A stretch of 64,000 nt of DNA from Octopus sinensis (taxonomy: Eukaryota): contig NC_043001.1 of NCBI RefSeq assembly GCF_006345805.1, forward strand, positions 69,812,001 through 69,876,000, written 5' to 3'. A program made the position numbers and the translations under genes. The notes under the pieces were generated by a model. That model worked only from the letters and a program-made list of their open reading frames with translations. It was not told the origin of the DNA and made no database searches. Of the stretch, positions 41,783 to 55,400 are shown piece after piece; within the stretch, counting starts at the first letter, position 1; every line of letters starts with the position of its first letter.

Positions 41783-43141
41783 TAGTTATATCATTTAGCA
41801 TATTATGACGACAAGTATCAATTTTTATACTGAATAAATATGGATGACTGCCGTTTACCATAAACACAACTTTTATTATATACGTTTTAATATGGAATAC
41901 CAGTACGTCAAAAGAGACATTTACTGTAATTCCGGATAACTGTCACTAGTTTTGATTGAGCAAGAGATTTAACATTTCCCATTCTTAGACATATAATTTA
42001 TAAGATGATTAGCATGTACATCATGTAAATTGATGTTAAAGGTACTACCGGATACGTTGCGATTTTCAATCAGACGAGTAGGACACAATCGTTATTTTCT
42101 CTACACATAAATATTTGTCAGATTTGTATGACCATAATCATACTAAGAAGCATTCATGTAAATAAAAATAAAAAGAGGAATAAAGTCACACATACATGCA
42201 TGATTATCAGTCAGTTTACCCAAGGTTATTCTGCTGATTGTCCGGCGGAGTCACGTGCATTTGAATCAAAGTGTAGGTGGCTGAATACTCTCCGGGAACA
42301 TGTAGCCATAGTATATTTCGTAGGCATAAACTGTGTGACAGTGTTTTACGAAATCTTCAATAGAGCTTTCGCTGTTCAGTTTTATTCATAGTGTATCGGC
42401 CGATTCAAGGCTACAAAAAACATTAATTGCCTATAATTCAAAGCAATGGTATCACAACCTAAGTCTATAAATTGCGAAGTTTCTTAAAGAATCTGAATTA
42501 GGTACTCATTATAAAAGGGATATATAAGTATATATGCGTATACATTTTTATGTGTGTACATGTGCCTCAATGTATTTACAGACATACATACATACATACT
42601 AGAGCAGCTCAGTCAATATTGTTAACTACTTTAGTTAAAGCTGCGGCTTTAAGTCTGCCGAGATTTGCCTCTTCAATAACTCACATTGGAAATCCGTCTG
42701 GGAAACAGACAGGGTGATGCACTGGACAGGTACTATGATTTTACAACTTTATACCATAAGAGAGATTTTTCCTCCACAATATCAGCAGTGATTTTGTATT
42801 TAGAAGTTGAAATATGTTAGAAAATATTTTAACAAAACTAAATTTTGCGCATGCCTAAACACTGCTTTGCGCTTGTCGTGTTGATATAAACAGTCAAGAA
42901 TGAAATAGAAAGAGAATTCATAATTTTGTTGTGACATAAACAAGAAGATTAATGGTGCCAAATATGAAATATTGCAATTTGCTGCAAAAAGAAAGGGTGT
43001 GTAGCTAGTACTTTACAGCTGTTTCAGGAATATTTGCATGCTTAGTACATGTCCGTGCATATTTTCTCCTGCACAAGAGTTAGTGGCAACCTATCCCGTC
43101 GTCAGTCTATATGTGATGTATTATCAGCCCCTTCATTGCCT

Positions 43142-43188
<47 letters not shown>

Positions 43189-44478
43189 TATATATATATA
43201 TATTCATATTCATATTCAGAAACCTTCATTGCACGTTACTCCGGTCCACTCAAGTATAAAGAATTCCCAGGAAAAGCTGCTGTGTTAACCCAGCAACGGA
43301 TGGTGCCCGTTCAGGGAAAAATGTTATAATCTGGGTCACTTTTACTCCGTGGAAACCAAGTTGCCCTGCGTTTTCGTGACAAACCTAACCTAATATAATT
43401 CTTATTACTACATAGATGTTTGATCATTTCACAATGAAACACGTTAATATTAACTTCACATATGTTGTATTCTGCATTTGATCATAAGTGTAAAGCTTCT
43501 TATAGTCTATAAGAAGTACTAATCTGTTGTAGAGTTAACACAGAGACACATAAAATTCCTATTTTAATTGTGTCACTACTGCACTCATTATAAAGAAACA
43601 AGAAGTAGAAAATAGGTGATTTATTTCCAATGATATTAGTTTACGCATAAACATCAATGTTTAACTATTCACATAATTCAAATTAAGTTGCTCATATCTA
43701 AGCAAATTTTCACTTTTCTTCACAATAATTTATCAATGAGAGAATAAATAATTTATCAGTGAGTAGTTCAATAAAATAAAACGAAATCGAAGGATGTTAC
43801 AAACACTCTTCAATGGAAAGGAAACTAAAATATTAAATTTCAGAAACTGATGTGAGGGAGAGAAAATAATATTTAGAAGTCATTAAATCAAACATTTAAT
43901 GATGCATACATAAATAGATGACACGATTTTACATTTATATTTGTTTCTCTCTAATTACGACTTGAATTATTAGAGAAATAACTTACATCCTTTAGTAAAA
44001 AGTTTAAATAAAACGATCGATGCGAAAATGTCGTACGATAAAAGCATGTTTGATATATTTGCTGCCAAAACAAAGAGATAGTTGATTGTCATTGTTCTTA
44101 TCATTTGAAGTGTTAGCTTCAACACAGTGATTTCTAATTTGTAGAATATATTCCAGTATTAAATTCATTGATGAATTATCTCATTTCCATTCAATGAGAA
44201 ATTATTCCTTTGAAATAATCGTTAGTATTGTTTGTGCTGATTTTACCGCTTTAAGTCACATAATAGCGTTTGTATTGTAGGTGAGCTTGAATGCTTATCT
44301 CTCTAAAATGTAATGCATTCTATTGAACAATAATCTCAAAAAGAAAAAAAATTTAATCAGATATATAAAACTGACAGCGTATTAATAATTTACATGCTAA
44401 TACCAAATGAATATAATTTTCTGCACATACAAGCAAGAAAATAATAATAATAATAATAGTAGTAGTAGTAGTAGTAGT

Positions 44479-44524
<46 letters not shown>

Positions 44525-44599
44525 TGTAATGATAATAATAATAACAATAATAATAATAATAACAACAACAACAACAGCAAATACTAACAGCGTACCGAA

Positions 44600-45785
44600 C
44601 TCACCACCCCAAAGCAGACAGACAGAATATAATTACTCCGCTCAGAAAAAGGCCGAGGCCTGATACAGATAGAAAACTTCTATAAAATAACAACAGTTAG
44701 ACTAGAAAAGTACTTTGAAACAAAGAGAGGAAGACTACTGCATGTAGTAAAGCAACGTGAGAAAAAGAAAACGCTTTTCTCGATACACAAATAGGCAACA
44801 AAATACAAAACATAAACAAACTACACTGACACTCTGATCTCAGTTGACAGCATAACAGAAATGGTCAGAGAGAAAACAACAACAACATGAGAACTGAATT
44901 ACAAAAGATACTAAAGAAGAAATGGAGAGAAAAAACACTTCATGGCCAATACCCTGCAAGGCTTGGCAGACAGAAAGTGAGCCCAAGTAAAAGCCAACAA
45001 TGGTTCAAAAGTTCTAGACAAAAAGCCAAATCAAAAGGACTGATTTTCGCTGCACACAACCAATGCTTGAATACAAGCAATTATAAAACAGAATAATGAA
45101 ATAGGCCTAAACACCAAATGCAGAATGTGCAACCAGCACAATGAGACAGTTGATCACATCATCTCGGGCTGCCCAGTCCTTACTAAGTCTGAATATGTAT
45201 ACAGAAACGACAAAGTAAGCAGTTATATGCACTGGGCAATATGCCAACATTACAACATTAAAGCTAACAACAGGTGGTATAAGCATGTACCAAACTAGGT
45301 ACAACACAACGACCAGGCCACAATCAACTGGGATATATCGGTTCAAATCGACAAAGAAATAAAAGCTAATTCTCCAGATATAATAGTCAAGGATTGAAGA
45401 AAAAACATCTGCTTAATGATAGACATTGAAAAATATAGTAAAAAAAGGAATGGAAAACTTGTCAAATTACAAAGAACTTGAAACTAAAGTTTTCAAAATG
45501 TGGGGCATGAAGGTAAAACAATACCAATAATAACTGAACAAAAATGTAGAAGCTATACCTGGATCCTCAACACTACACACTGTCCAAAAAATAACCTTGT
45601 TAGGAACAACTCACATTCTACGCAAGACACTATCAATCCAATTATACAACCTAAAACAAAACAACACACAAATACATGACACACTCTAAACAGCATTTAC
45701 CCAGTGAATTAAATTCCCACCAGCTGCTAGAAAACCAAGGCATTAGGTCAAACTAAAGAGTTTAACTCGAGCAAAAAAAAAAAAA
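44600..45785 (+). mobile_element. R4/Dong-like 3' fragment
   Basis: KTLHGQYP, CRMCNQHNETVDHIISGCPVL..RNDKV..HW, NSPDII, KITLLGTTHILRKTLS; preceded by TAA/CAA tracts. Confidence 0.87.
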
Positions 45786-46199
45786 TTATTGTAATAGGTG
45801 TACAACAACATGTAGAAAGCGTATATTAAAAAGTACGCCCTCAAACGGGTGTTTCAGAGGACTCGGAAAATTCACATCGTCAGACAATGACCTGTAAACT
45901 CTAGTGCTTGACCTGAGCAAAGAAAAATAATTAAAAATTAATGTAATAGGTGCAAAACAACTTGCTGTAAACGAATATAACAAATAAAGCATTACACTCA
46001 CAACACACACTAAAAGCAGTAACACAATAAAAGACAGCACCATACCCCAAGGAAAAAATATCACAATACCCAAAAAGTGACACAGACAGACTATACGTAC
46101 CAAGAAAAAGAAGGGAGGTTGACTGATTTGATCTGAACACAGCATTAGTGCAGAAGAAAGCAATACAGCATTATATGTGAAAATGCCAAAGAACAACTA

Positions 46200-47134
46200 T
46201 TATTGGAAGAAGGTCAGGCTTTTATAGGAATGAAGATTGTTAAGATAAAGCACTATACAAGAACTTGAGAATCAAGGAAACTGAAAATAGGCGGATAAAG
46301 AAAAGAATGCATGGAATATTTCTTAAGGATTTTGAAGATAAGACAGTCAGAGAAAAAAGACGGCTATGGAGGACTAAAAGTGATTTAAAACCGGAATCTG
46401 AGACTCTAATCTGTGCTGCTCCAAAGCATGTATTAAGAACGAATTACCTCAAATACAGGATAGACAACACTTCAGAAAGTGATAGGTGCGAATTTGTGGA
46501 CAAGATGGTGAAAACGTATGGCATATTACCAGTCAATGTACGCCGCTAGCCCAGAAAGAATATGAGATGTCATGACAATATAGCAAGGATTTCCAATGGA
46601 CACTTTGAAACAAGTATGAACTTGACAGAGCAAAAAAAGTGTCACGGACATAAACCTAAAGGTATCATCGAAAATGATAATGCAAATATCCTATGAGATT
46701 TTATGATTCAGTGCTCCATGAGTTAGAGAATAGGAAACCAGCCATAGTGTTAATGAGAAAAAATCAAACGATGCTGGATCATAGATATAGCATGCCCAGG
46801 TGACAACAAGGTATGCGATAAGGAAGAGAGAAAAATCCAAAGATATAACAGGTTAACTTGGGAGGTTAAGTAGTTGTGGTCGCCCCCAAAAGTGGTTGTA
46901 ACATCAATAATTGTCGAAGCCCTGGGAACAGTGAGTAAAAATATTGAGTAGTACATGGAAGAAATAGGGACTCCAATAAGGGTGGGCACTTACAGGAAAC
47001 GGCTCTGCTTGGAACCGCTAGATGGTTCTGGATAGTGCGCGAAAAATAAGGGGTGTTACCACAATGCACTGGTAGTGATCAGATGACACACGGTAGTACA
47101 TCTCCAGCATTAGAGGGTGTGCAAAAACAATAAC

Positions 47135-47135
<1 letters not shown>
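46200..47135 (+). mobile_element. R4/Dong-like 3' fragment with (TAA)n tail
   Basis: RMHGIFL..LKPESETLICAA..RTNYLKYRID, RKPAIV, ALGTVSK, TALLGTAR. Confidence 0.85.
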
Positions 47136-47188
<53 letters not shown>

Positions 47189-47329
47189 TAATAATAATAA
47201 TATAATAATAATAATGATAATAAAAATAACACCACCAACAACAACAGCAATGATATTAATAAAGACCAACACGTGAAGGTGACTAAGGAAAGGTGATCCG
47301 AAAGGATGCACAAATATACTAATATGCAG

Positions 47330-48115
47330 CGCCCAGGAACAAGCTCAGAAAACTAATATTTCCAAATAAATAACAGGATGAATCGCCCCTTCGGTAGGAT
47401 GTTTGACAGGAAAAACGAAACTATATCACACGCGGTAGAGTTAGTGTAGCAAAGTGGCCCAACAGTTACGCAAAAGGAGACACGATGACGTGGCTAAATT
47501 TGGTCACCGGAGATTGTGTGAGAAGCACGGTCTTGGAAGATCATGGAAACTATTGGAACGTCAACTAGAAGACGTCACGTAAAATAATAAATATAAGAAT
47601 TTTGAGGATTTTACAATACAACTTAACTCTCTAATAGATGTCCAAGGACCAGACATTGTTTCGAAAAGCAAAAGATTATAGATATTGCCAGGCTTGGAGC
47701 CGCATGCGTTGGTGATAAAAAGCTGGAGAAGGTGGTAAAATACAAATTACTACAAGACGAAGTTGCAAGTAAGTGGGCAATGAAAAGAATAACTGTCACC
47801 TCATTGGTTATAGGCGCACTCAGAGCACTAACAATCAAGTTCAAGAAATATGTCGGAGAATTTGCAATTAGCATGTGGATAGAGCATGCTCAAAATACTA
47901 CTCTTTTGGGAACAGTGAAGATTTTAAGATTAGTGCTTGCGTGATGAGTATCTTCCAAGATACTTAGCATCATGGTACCAGGTTTAATAATTCCTGGAAA
48001 GAGATCCTGAGATACACTGTGAGAGCTTCAACAAAGAGTTGCTGTCCGCTGTCACTGAATTAACCGGAGCAAGTAAGATCGAGAGCACTCAGAATCAAAT
48101 TAGAACAGTAATCAT
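47330..48115 (+). mobile_element. R4/Dong-like 3' fragment
   Basis: RRHDDVAK, GPDIV, EKVVKYKLL..VTSLVIGALRAL..TTLLGTVKILRLVL*. Confidence 0.82.
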
Positions 48116-48164
48116 TATTATTATTACTTCTACTCTAGGCATAAGGTCTTGAAAATCTTTGGGG

Positions 48165-48320
48165 GAAGATGGCTAGTCAATTACATCGACCCTATTGCAT
48201 CACTGGTACTTATTTCATCGACCCCGAAAGGATGAAATGCAAAGTCGACCTCGGTGGAATTTGAACTGAGAACATAGCGGCAGACGAAATTACCGTAAGC
48301 ATTTCGCCAGCTCGCCGCTA
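48165..48320 (-). mobile_element. SINE family S2, partial
   Basis: Reverse complement of the 37869-38040 region. Confidence 0.8.
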
Positions 48321-49230
48321 CATGACAATAAAATAATGAAAATAATAATAATGATAATAATGATAATAATAATAATAATGATAATAATAATAATAATAAT
48401 AATAATAATAGTAATGGTAATAATAACAATAATAATAATATACATATGTAAATTTTATTATTTCAGTTGGTTATAAACTTCTCCAGCTCTAGATTTGTAA
48501 TGCGGGAAACATTTCTTTAGAGAATTGATCTACATAAATTCACAGGCCTAGACTTTGGGACGTTGACTAACCTGCTTAATTAGTACTCTGCAAAATAGTG
48601 AATTACTACTTTGGAGGCATTTATATTTAATTAGAATAAGTTCTTCCAAATTTTTCATCTTCAAATTAATTAGATACGTTTTAAAATTGTAAAATGTGTC
48701 TGTCACTTTGTTATATTAATTATCGTACAACGTATACTTTAATTAAATTCGATCATTTGAAATTTTAAGTAGATATTGTAATATCTGTATAGCTTGTCTC
48801 AAAACTCTTACTCAAAATATATTAGTCTCTTCGAATACAACTTTTCATTTATAAGCAACAAGCAAGTGATTTATCATCCTTGCGACACAGAGAGTTCCAT
48901 AAATCTCCCGTTGATTAACAATAACATAACAATCTTATATGTGTCAATGTATCTTACCCAAATTAGTTATTACAGATTTATGGTGCATTAGAGTTTGAAG
49001 AGAGTCTAGGAAGTATTTAATGAGTGTACTTTATTAATTCCTTATAAATCTCCAACAGAAATTAATGAAAGTTACGAAACTGAGTTCCTTTCCATAAAAC
49101 TACATTTTCAAATGTTGCACATAAAATCATTGAGGAGACAACGAATTTGGTTATTAACAAGAACGGAACGATGTGAGTCTATATTACACCCCATCTTTCT
49201 CTTAATTTCTGCCACTCTCTCACTCTCTCT

Positions 49231-49261
<31 letters not shown>

Positions 49262-49279
49262 CATATATATATACAAGTC

Positions 49280-49580
49280 ACCGTGACCGACCACGCTATC
49301 AGATATTAGTACACATCGCTGGTCACAATGCGCTTCGCATTGTTTTAGCCTTCAAATGTCGCCACTCTGCTGGCTAAGCAAGCAGCCCAACAGAAGATAG
49401 AGTGAGAGAAAGTTGTGGTGAAAGAGTACACCAGGGATCGCCACCACCCACCGTCGGAGTATCGTGGAGCTTTAGGCGTTTTCGCTCAATAAACACTGAC
49501 AACGCCCGGTCTGGGAATCTCTAAACCGCGATCTTACGACCGCGAATCCACTACCCTAACCACTGGGCCATTGCGCCTCC
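49280..49580 (-). mobile_element. SINE family S4, tail type 2
   Basis: Same head as the 41465 copy; tail ..GAAGGCTAAAACAATGCGAAGCGCATTGTGACCAGCGATGTG.. Confidence 0.85.
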
Positions 49581-49904
49581 CCCCCCCACACACACGCACA
49601 CACAGACATATATATATGCATGTGTATATATATACAGCATGAGAGGTTTTGGTATCCAGAGAACACAAAATGTAGGTAAGGCTATGTAAGTGCTACGGAA
49701 GTACCAATGTTATACTCCCGGTTCGATCATAGTATGAGTAAGGAGTCTAACACAGGTCGCGCGTTAGCGTGTATATCTTAAATAAAATGAGACAACAAAA
49801 TCAAGGCAGTGCGAAACTTGTAGAAATTTCACACTGCCTTGACTTTGCTGTCTCATTTTATTTAACATATGTATATATATAACACGTGTGTGTGTGTGTG
49901 TGTA

Positions 49905-50250
49905 GACGCAGTGGCCCAGTGGTTAGAGCAGCGAACTCACGGTTTCGATTCCCAGACCTGGCGTTGAGAGTATTTATTGAGCGAAAACACCTAAAGCTAC
50001 ACGAGGCTCCGGCAGGGGGTGATGGCGAACCCTCCTGTACACTTTTAACAAAAAATTTATTTCACTCATTCTTCCTCTTTCTGTTTTTCAAAGGGCCATC
50101 CTTGTCACACTCTGTTTCACGTTGATTCTCCCCGAGAACTTTGTTAAGGCTACACATGTCTGTGGAATGCTCAGCCACTTGCACGTTAATTTCATGATCA
50201 GGCTGTTCCATTGATCGGATCAACAGGAACCCTCGTCATCGTAACCGATA
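49905..50250 (+). mobile_element. SINE family S4, tail type 3 (RTE-like end)
   Basis: Same head; tail ends CCCTCGTCATCGTAACCGA. Confidence 0.85.
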
Positions 50251-50326
50251 TATGTGTGTTTGTGTATGCACGCATGCATGAAGTTAGGCGTGTGTGCCTG
50301 TGCGTATATATATATATATATATATA

Positions 50327-50476
50327 TAGTTATCGCCAAGCTAACATGGCAGTCCAGAAAAATAGGACGAATGCTGCCGTTGATTAACTAGCTAGAGGCG
50401 ATGCCAACATGGAGCTAATCAACGGCAGTATTCGTCCTATTTTTCTGGACTAGCGTGTTAGCTTGGCGATAACTAT
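50327..50476. repeat. MITE-like hairpin, arms about 60 bp
   Basis: ATAGTTATCGCCAAGCTAACA..CTGCCGTTGATTA and its reverse complement about 30 nt later. Confidence 0.8.
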
Positions 50477-51252
50477 TAATACCTAGTATTGCTCGTAGTC
50501 TCCTTTAGAGAGGTTTAGAAGTAATAATATTTCTATTATATATATATGAAAAGCATAAACAATATACATTATTCTTTGTTTTATTTGTGGTTTGTAGACT
50601 TTCCACTGCTTCTGATATGCATTGTGGGTGTATTCAAGGTTCTCTTTATTTAATCGGTGTATTCATCAATTGAAAATAATGATGGGCCGTTAAAAATGCT
50701 ATGGTCTTCGGAATCACATCAAGATATGGAAAGATTGGAGAATAGAAAAGAAAATAGAAGAGAAAAATATAGGCAACAATAGACCAAGACTGAGTGCCTG
50801 AAAAGGGCGAGTTAGTTCCATATAGATACAATGAATAGATTCCCTCCCTCTCCTTCCTTTCTTGTCTAGATACTTTTCATCTGCTTTTTCTACTTTCTCT
50901 TCTGTTTTTTCTTCTCTACTCTTTCCTTATCTTTTTTATATATTGGCACTTAATATGCTGGACTGCGAAGCACGATAATATTGTTAATGGTCGTTCACTG
51001 TTTTTAATCCTTGAGTAAACAGAACCACGAACGCACCCAAAATGTATATCAGAAACCGCAGTAAGTTTACAGTGCCCAAATAAGTAAATGCGTAACCAAA
51101 GATTTAAAAACCTGATTGGTGACGGAATCCCACTTCGAAACTCATCCTGGAGTTCAATATCAATCATAAAACATTTTTGTTAGCGTGGTGAAATTTTGAT
51201 AAGCAGTGAGCTATGTTGCGTTTTCTACTGCCAGATAATCATTTATATCTCC

Positions 51253-51319
<67 letters not shown>

Positions 51320-51323
<4 letters not shown>

Positions 51324-51425
51324 AGAGTTACCGTTAAGTGGTTAACTCTAGTGCTAAAAATAGCTGTTGGTGTTAAACTGATGGTATTATTAAATTAATA
51401 TCTAATTTTTCACCCTTATTTATGA

Positions 51426-51470
<45 letters not shown>

Positions 51471-51574
51471 AGAGTTACCGTTAAGTGGTTAACTCTAGTG
51501 CTAAAAATAGCTGTTGGTGTTAAACTGATGGTATTATTAAATTAATATCTAATTTTTAACTCTTATTTATGAGT

Positions 51575-51575
<1 letters not shown>
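51320..51575. repeat. Direct tandem duplication of a unit of about 110 bp bounded by (TA)n
   Basis: AGAGAGTTACCGTTAAGTGG..TATTTATGAGTA at 51320-51428 and 51468-51575. Confidence 0.9.
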
Positions 51576-51621
<46 letters not shown>

Positions 51622-51633
51622 ATATATATATAA

Positions 51634-51992
51634 GTTTCTTTATTGGCCACACAGGGCTGCACACAGATGGGACAAGTTACAAGGTAGAGCTTTTCTTTTG
51701 GGGGATGAAGAGAACAAAAGAGAAAAAATAGGGGGTGGCGTAGGTTTTCGATCAATAGGGATCGTGTATCACAGTGTTATGATATATGGTGTAAAGGGGA
51801 AAGCAAGTAAGGTTTATCTGTGGGAAGAAAAGCCTACGAAAACGGCCACGGTAACCTTGGTCAATATTGTTATATGTTACCACATTTGTTTGCAAGTGGG
51901 TAACCCTCTGTTTTCATTTTCTGGGTTCATAGGATTATGCTCAAGGTGGCTTCGTCATTCATACGTGCCATCCTTGCTACATTTACCCATCT
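51634..51992 (-). mobile_element. Short 5'-truncated copy of the Tx1-clade LINE (ORF2 tail and 3' UTR)
   Basis: Encodes WVNVARMARMNDEATLSIIL* and a UTR ending AATAAAGAAAC, as at 52053-52520. Confidence 0.92.
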
Positions 51993-52037
<45 letters not shown>

Positions 52038-52452
52038 CAGACAGATAGATATGTTTCTTTATTAGCCACACAGGGCTGCACACAGATAGAACAAATTACA
52101 AGGTAGAGCTTTTCTTTTGAAGGTATTAAATAAAAAAAAAAAAAAAAAAAAAAGGAAGGGGGAGGTTCGATCAAAAGGGATCGTAAAAGGAGGGAAAGAG
52201 GACAAAAATAAGGGGGGTTAAAAAAAAAAAAAAGGGGGGGGGGAGAGGAAAAAAAAATGATCAATAGGGATCGTTATCACAGAAATGTCAATATGAAGTG
52301 TAAAGGGGAGGACAGGTGAGGTTTACCCGTGGAAAGAAAAGCCTGCGGAAAAGACCACGGTAACCTCGGTCAATGAAGTCACATTTTATATTTCTTTTTT
52401 TTTTTTTTTTTTTTTTTGCAAATAAGCAACTCTCTGTTTTCGATTTCTGGGT

Positions 52453-55400
52453 TCATAGGACTATGCTCAAGGTGGCTTCGTCATTCATACGTGCCATTCT
52501 TGCTACATTCACCCATCTTTTTTTAAAACATTCGCTAGACAAAACTTGCCTCTCTACTCTCACTTTCCTTTTCAAGTGGTACTTGAAGAAGTTGATGAGA
52601 GATTGACCAGAGAGGAAAGTGTTTGTCTCCAATCCTTTCAGACGCGTCCACCAGATACATTCTTTCGCCATAGCCACAAGGATGATGAAAATAGCTCTTC
52701 CTTCCCGTTTGAAGGAAGGAGGCGTGACAATATTGACGATAGACTCAGCTGATAAACCGACTCGTCCCACACGTGACAGCAGTTGGTCGACATAAGCCCA
52801 CAGGTCGGAAATTGTTGGACACTGAACGAGTGCGTGCAGAACGGTTTCGTCGCTCTGACCGCATCTCGGGCAGGTCGGCCCCGTGTTTCTCGAGCCGTGT
52901 CTGTAGAGCTTATCCCGAACGGGTAGCGCTTCTCGGTAGCACTGCCAGGCCAGGGATCTCTGGAAGTTGTCCATGGGCCCTGGCCCGAAAGTCGTCCCGA
53001 ACAGGCGGGTCAGGTACTCCTCGTCGACGTCCAGGTTCGCCCCGAGCTCGTCGTCGTACCTCCCCTCCACTAAACCCCTATAGAATGCTTTGGTTGTGTT
53101 GAAGTCACTTAAGGTCGACCCAGGACGGCAGAGTTGCTTGAGAGCAACGCGACACTCGCGGTGCCATTCGCCCTTCCTCGGCCTCTTTTTGATCCACGAC
53201 TGCAGTTCGGTCATGGAGACGAGCTGCGGGAAAGCGTGCCTCACAAACGGCGACCACACCTGTTCACCGTCGTCTACATAGAGCCAGAGATGTCGCAGTC
53301 TCAGCGCGTGTCTGCGCATCATCAACCACGGCATGCCCAGCCCTCCTTTTAACGGGTGTTGACAGCAAATGGATCGCCTGACCATCGGGACGCATCCTTT
53401 CCACAAGAAGCGAAAGAGGATGCGTTGTAGTTTGGTGATGGTAGGGTCGGGACAAGGTACGACGGTCAGGCGGTAGTAGATGACGGACGCGATGTACGTG
53501 TTCGCCACCTCCGCTCGACCTTTTAGGGACAGTTTCCTCTCGGCCCATTGCCGGGCGAGAGTGACCACCCTACTCGTTATCTCGTTCCAGTTCTTCTCCA
53601 CTTGGAGGTCCGGACCAAACCAGACCCCGAGCAACTCAACCGGGCCGTCGGTCCAGCGTCCCACGACGGAGGCGCTGGTGGACGGCATGGGCTTGCTTCT
53701 CCAGGTGCCTAGTCGCAAGCCCACTGACTTTTCCCGGTTGATTTTCGCTCCTGTCACCGCTTCGTAGTTTTTCAGTGTCTCGCCGACCAGCTCGATGTGC
53801 TCGTGGCTAGACACTATGACGGTGACGTCGTCCGCGTATGCAGACACGCTCGTCCCGCATCCCAATTCTCGCGGGATGCCCCTTAGAGTCGCCAGCTTCC
53901 GCAGTAGTGGCTCAAGAGTCAATACGTATAGAAGCGCCGAGAGGGGGCATCCCTGACGGACCGAACGTGCAATGTCGAAAGGTCTCGATAGATGTCCATT
54001 TACGCGAATTACCGAACGGATGCCTCTGTACAAGGCAGCTATCCAGCCGCGGAAGACGGGACCGAAACCAGCCGCTCTCAGGACTGCCTCCAAGTATCGA
54101 TGGTCTACCCTATCAAAGGCTTTTGATTGATCCAAGTTGATCAGGGCCCCACCCATGCCAGGTTCGTTAACTACCCTGTCTATGATGTAGCGCATCAGAT
54201 GGAGGTTGTCATGGATGGTCCGGCCTGGCACGGCGCATGTTTGCGCCTTGTCGACCAGTTTCTCGATGACAAGCGCCAACCTCTTGGCTAGCACCTTGGC
54301 CAAAATTTTCAAGTCTGCATTAAGCAGAGTGATGGGCCTAAAGTTATCTATTACATTTCCCTTGTTTAGATCTTTCTTCAGCAGTGTTACGGCTCCTCGG
54401 CTCACAAAACCAGGAATGCTCCCGTTTTGCTGCCAGTTGCAGTACACCGCCGCCAAGAGATCTCCAAACAAGTCTGGCATACAATTGTAAAGCTCGTAGG
54501 GTAGACCATCCAAACCCGGTGATTTGTCCCTCGAGCATTCTGCCATCGCTTCCCGCACTTCCGCCGCCGTGATGGCACCTTCGCAGCACCCTGCCCTTCT
54601 TGTCGAGAGTCGTGGTAGGCTATGTAGGTAGGCACTGAAGTCCACCCTACGTTCTTGCCCTCCACTCGTTCCGAACAGTCGGGCAAAATGCTGCTGAAAG
54701 GCCTCACACATTTTACTTGGCTCGAGCAATTCGCGCCCCTGTTCATCTACCAGTGACCGAATGGTGGCTTTGTTGCCCTGTTGCGCCTCTGCCACCCGGG
54801 CCTCTCTCGCGGCTCCAACACCTTCGTTCCTTAGAGCACGCATCCTAGCTCTGACAGCACATCCTTCGTGTTTGGCGTTGAAGTGTTGGTCGAGGGCCAA
54901 CCTCGCCGCCAAAACGTCGGATGCGATGCCGCTTCTAATTGCCTCTTCTAGCTTCTTAACTAGCTCACCCTCTACTCTATTTCTATCTATGGCTAGTGCT
55001 TTGCTGTACCTAATCGCTTCTGCTTTTACTGCTCTCTTGAGGGCAAACCACCATTTGTTGTTGATGATGGCTCCCGTCAAAGCCCTCTTTACTAGTGTGC
55101 TAATCCGGTCTCTGAAAACTTGTCTCGATGGGAAAGACGCGTTTAGTTTCCAGTATCCGGGACCCTGCCTAAGTGTCTTACCTAAGTCTAGCGTACATGT
55201 CACAAGTTTGTGATCCGTGTAGCTGACTATGTGGAATTGTGGACATCCTATGCTATCTCTATCTACTGTCCTACACAGTATCCTATCTAGATACGATCTC
55301 GACGACCCGATGCGGTTGCTCCATGTCCACGTTGGCGCATTCGGGTGGTCTAGTCGAAACCTGTCAGACAGTTGAAAGCGTCTGAGCAGGTCTCTGAGGC

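Noticed and set aside
51110-51165. GTGACGG..TTCGAAACTC..GAGTT hammerhead-like stretch
   Set aside because: Two core positions deviate and stem I is only 4 bp; it could be a decayed relic but is unsupported.
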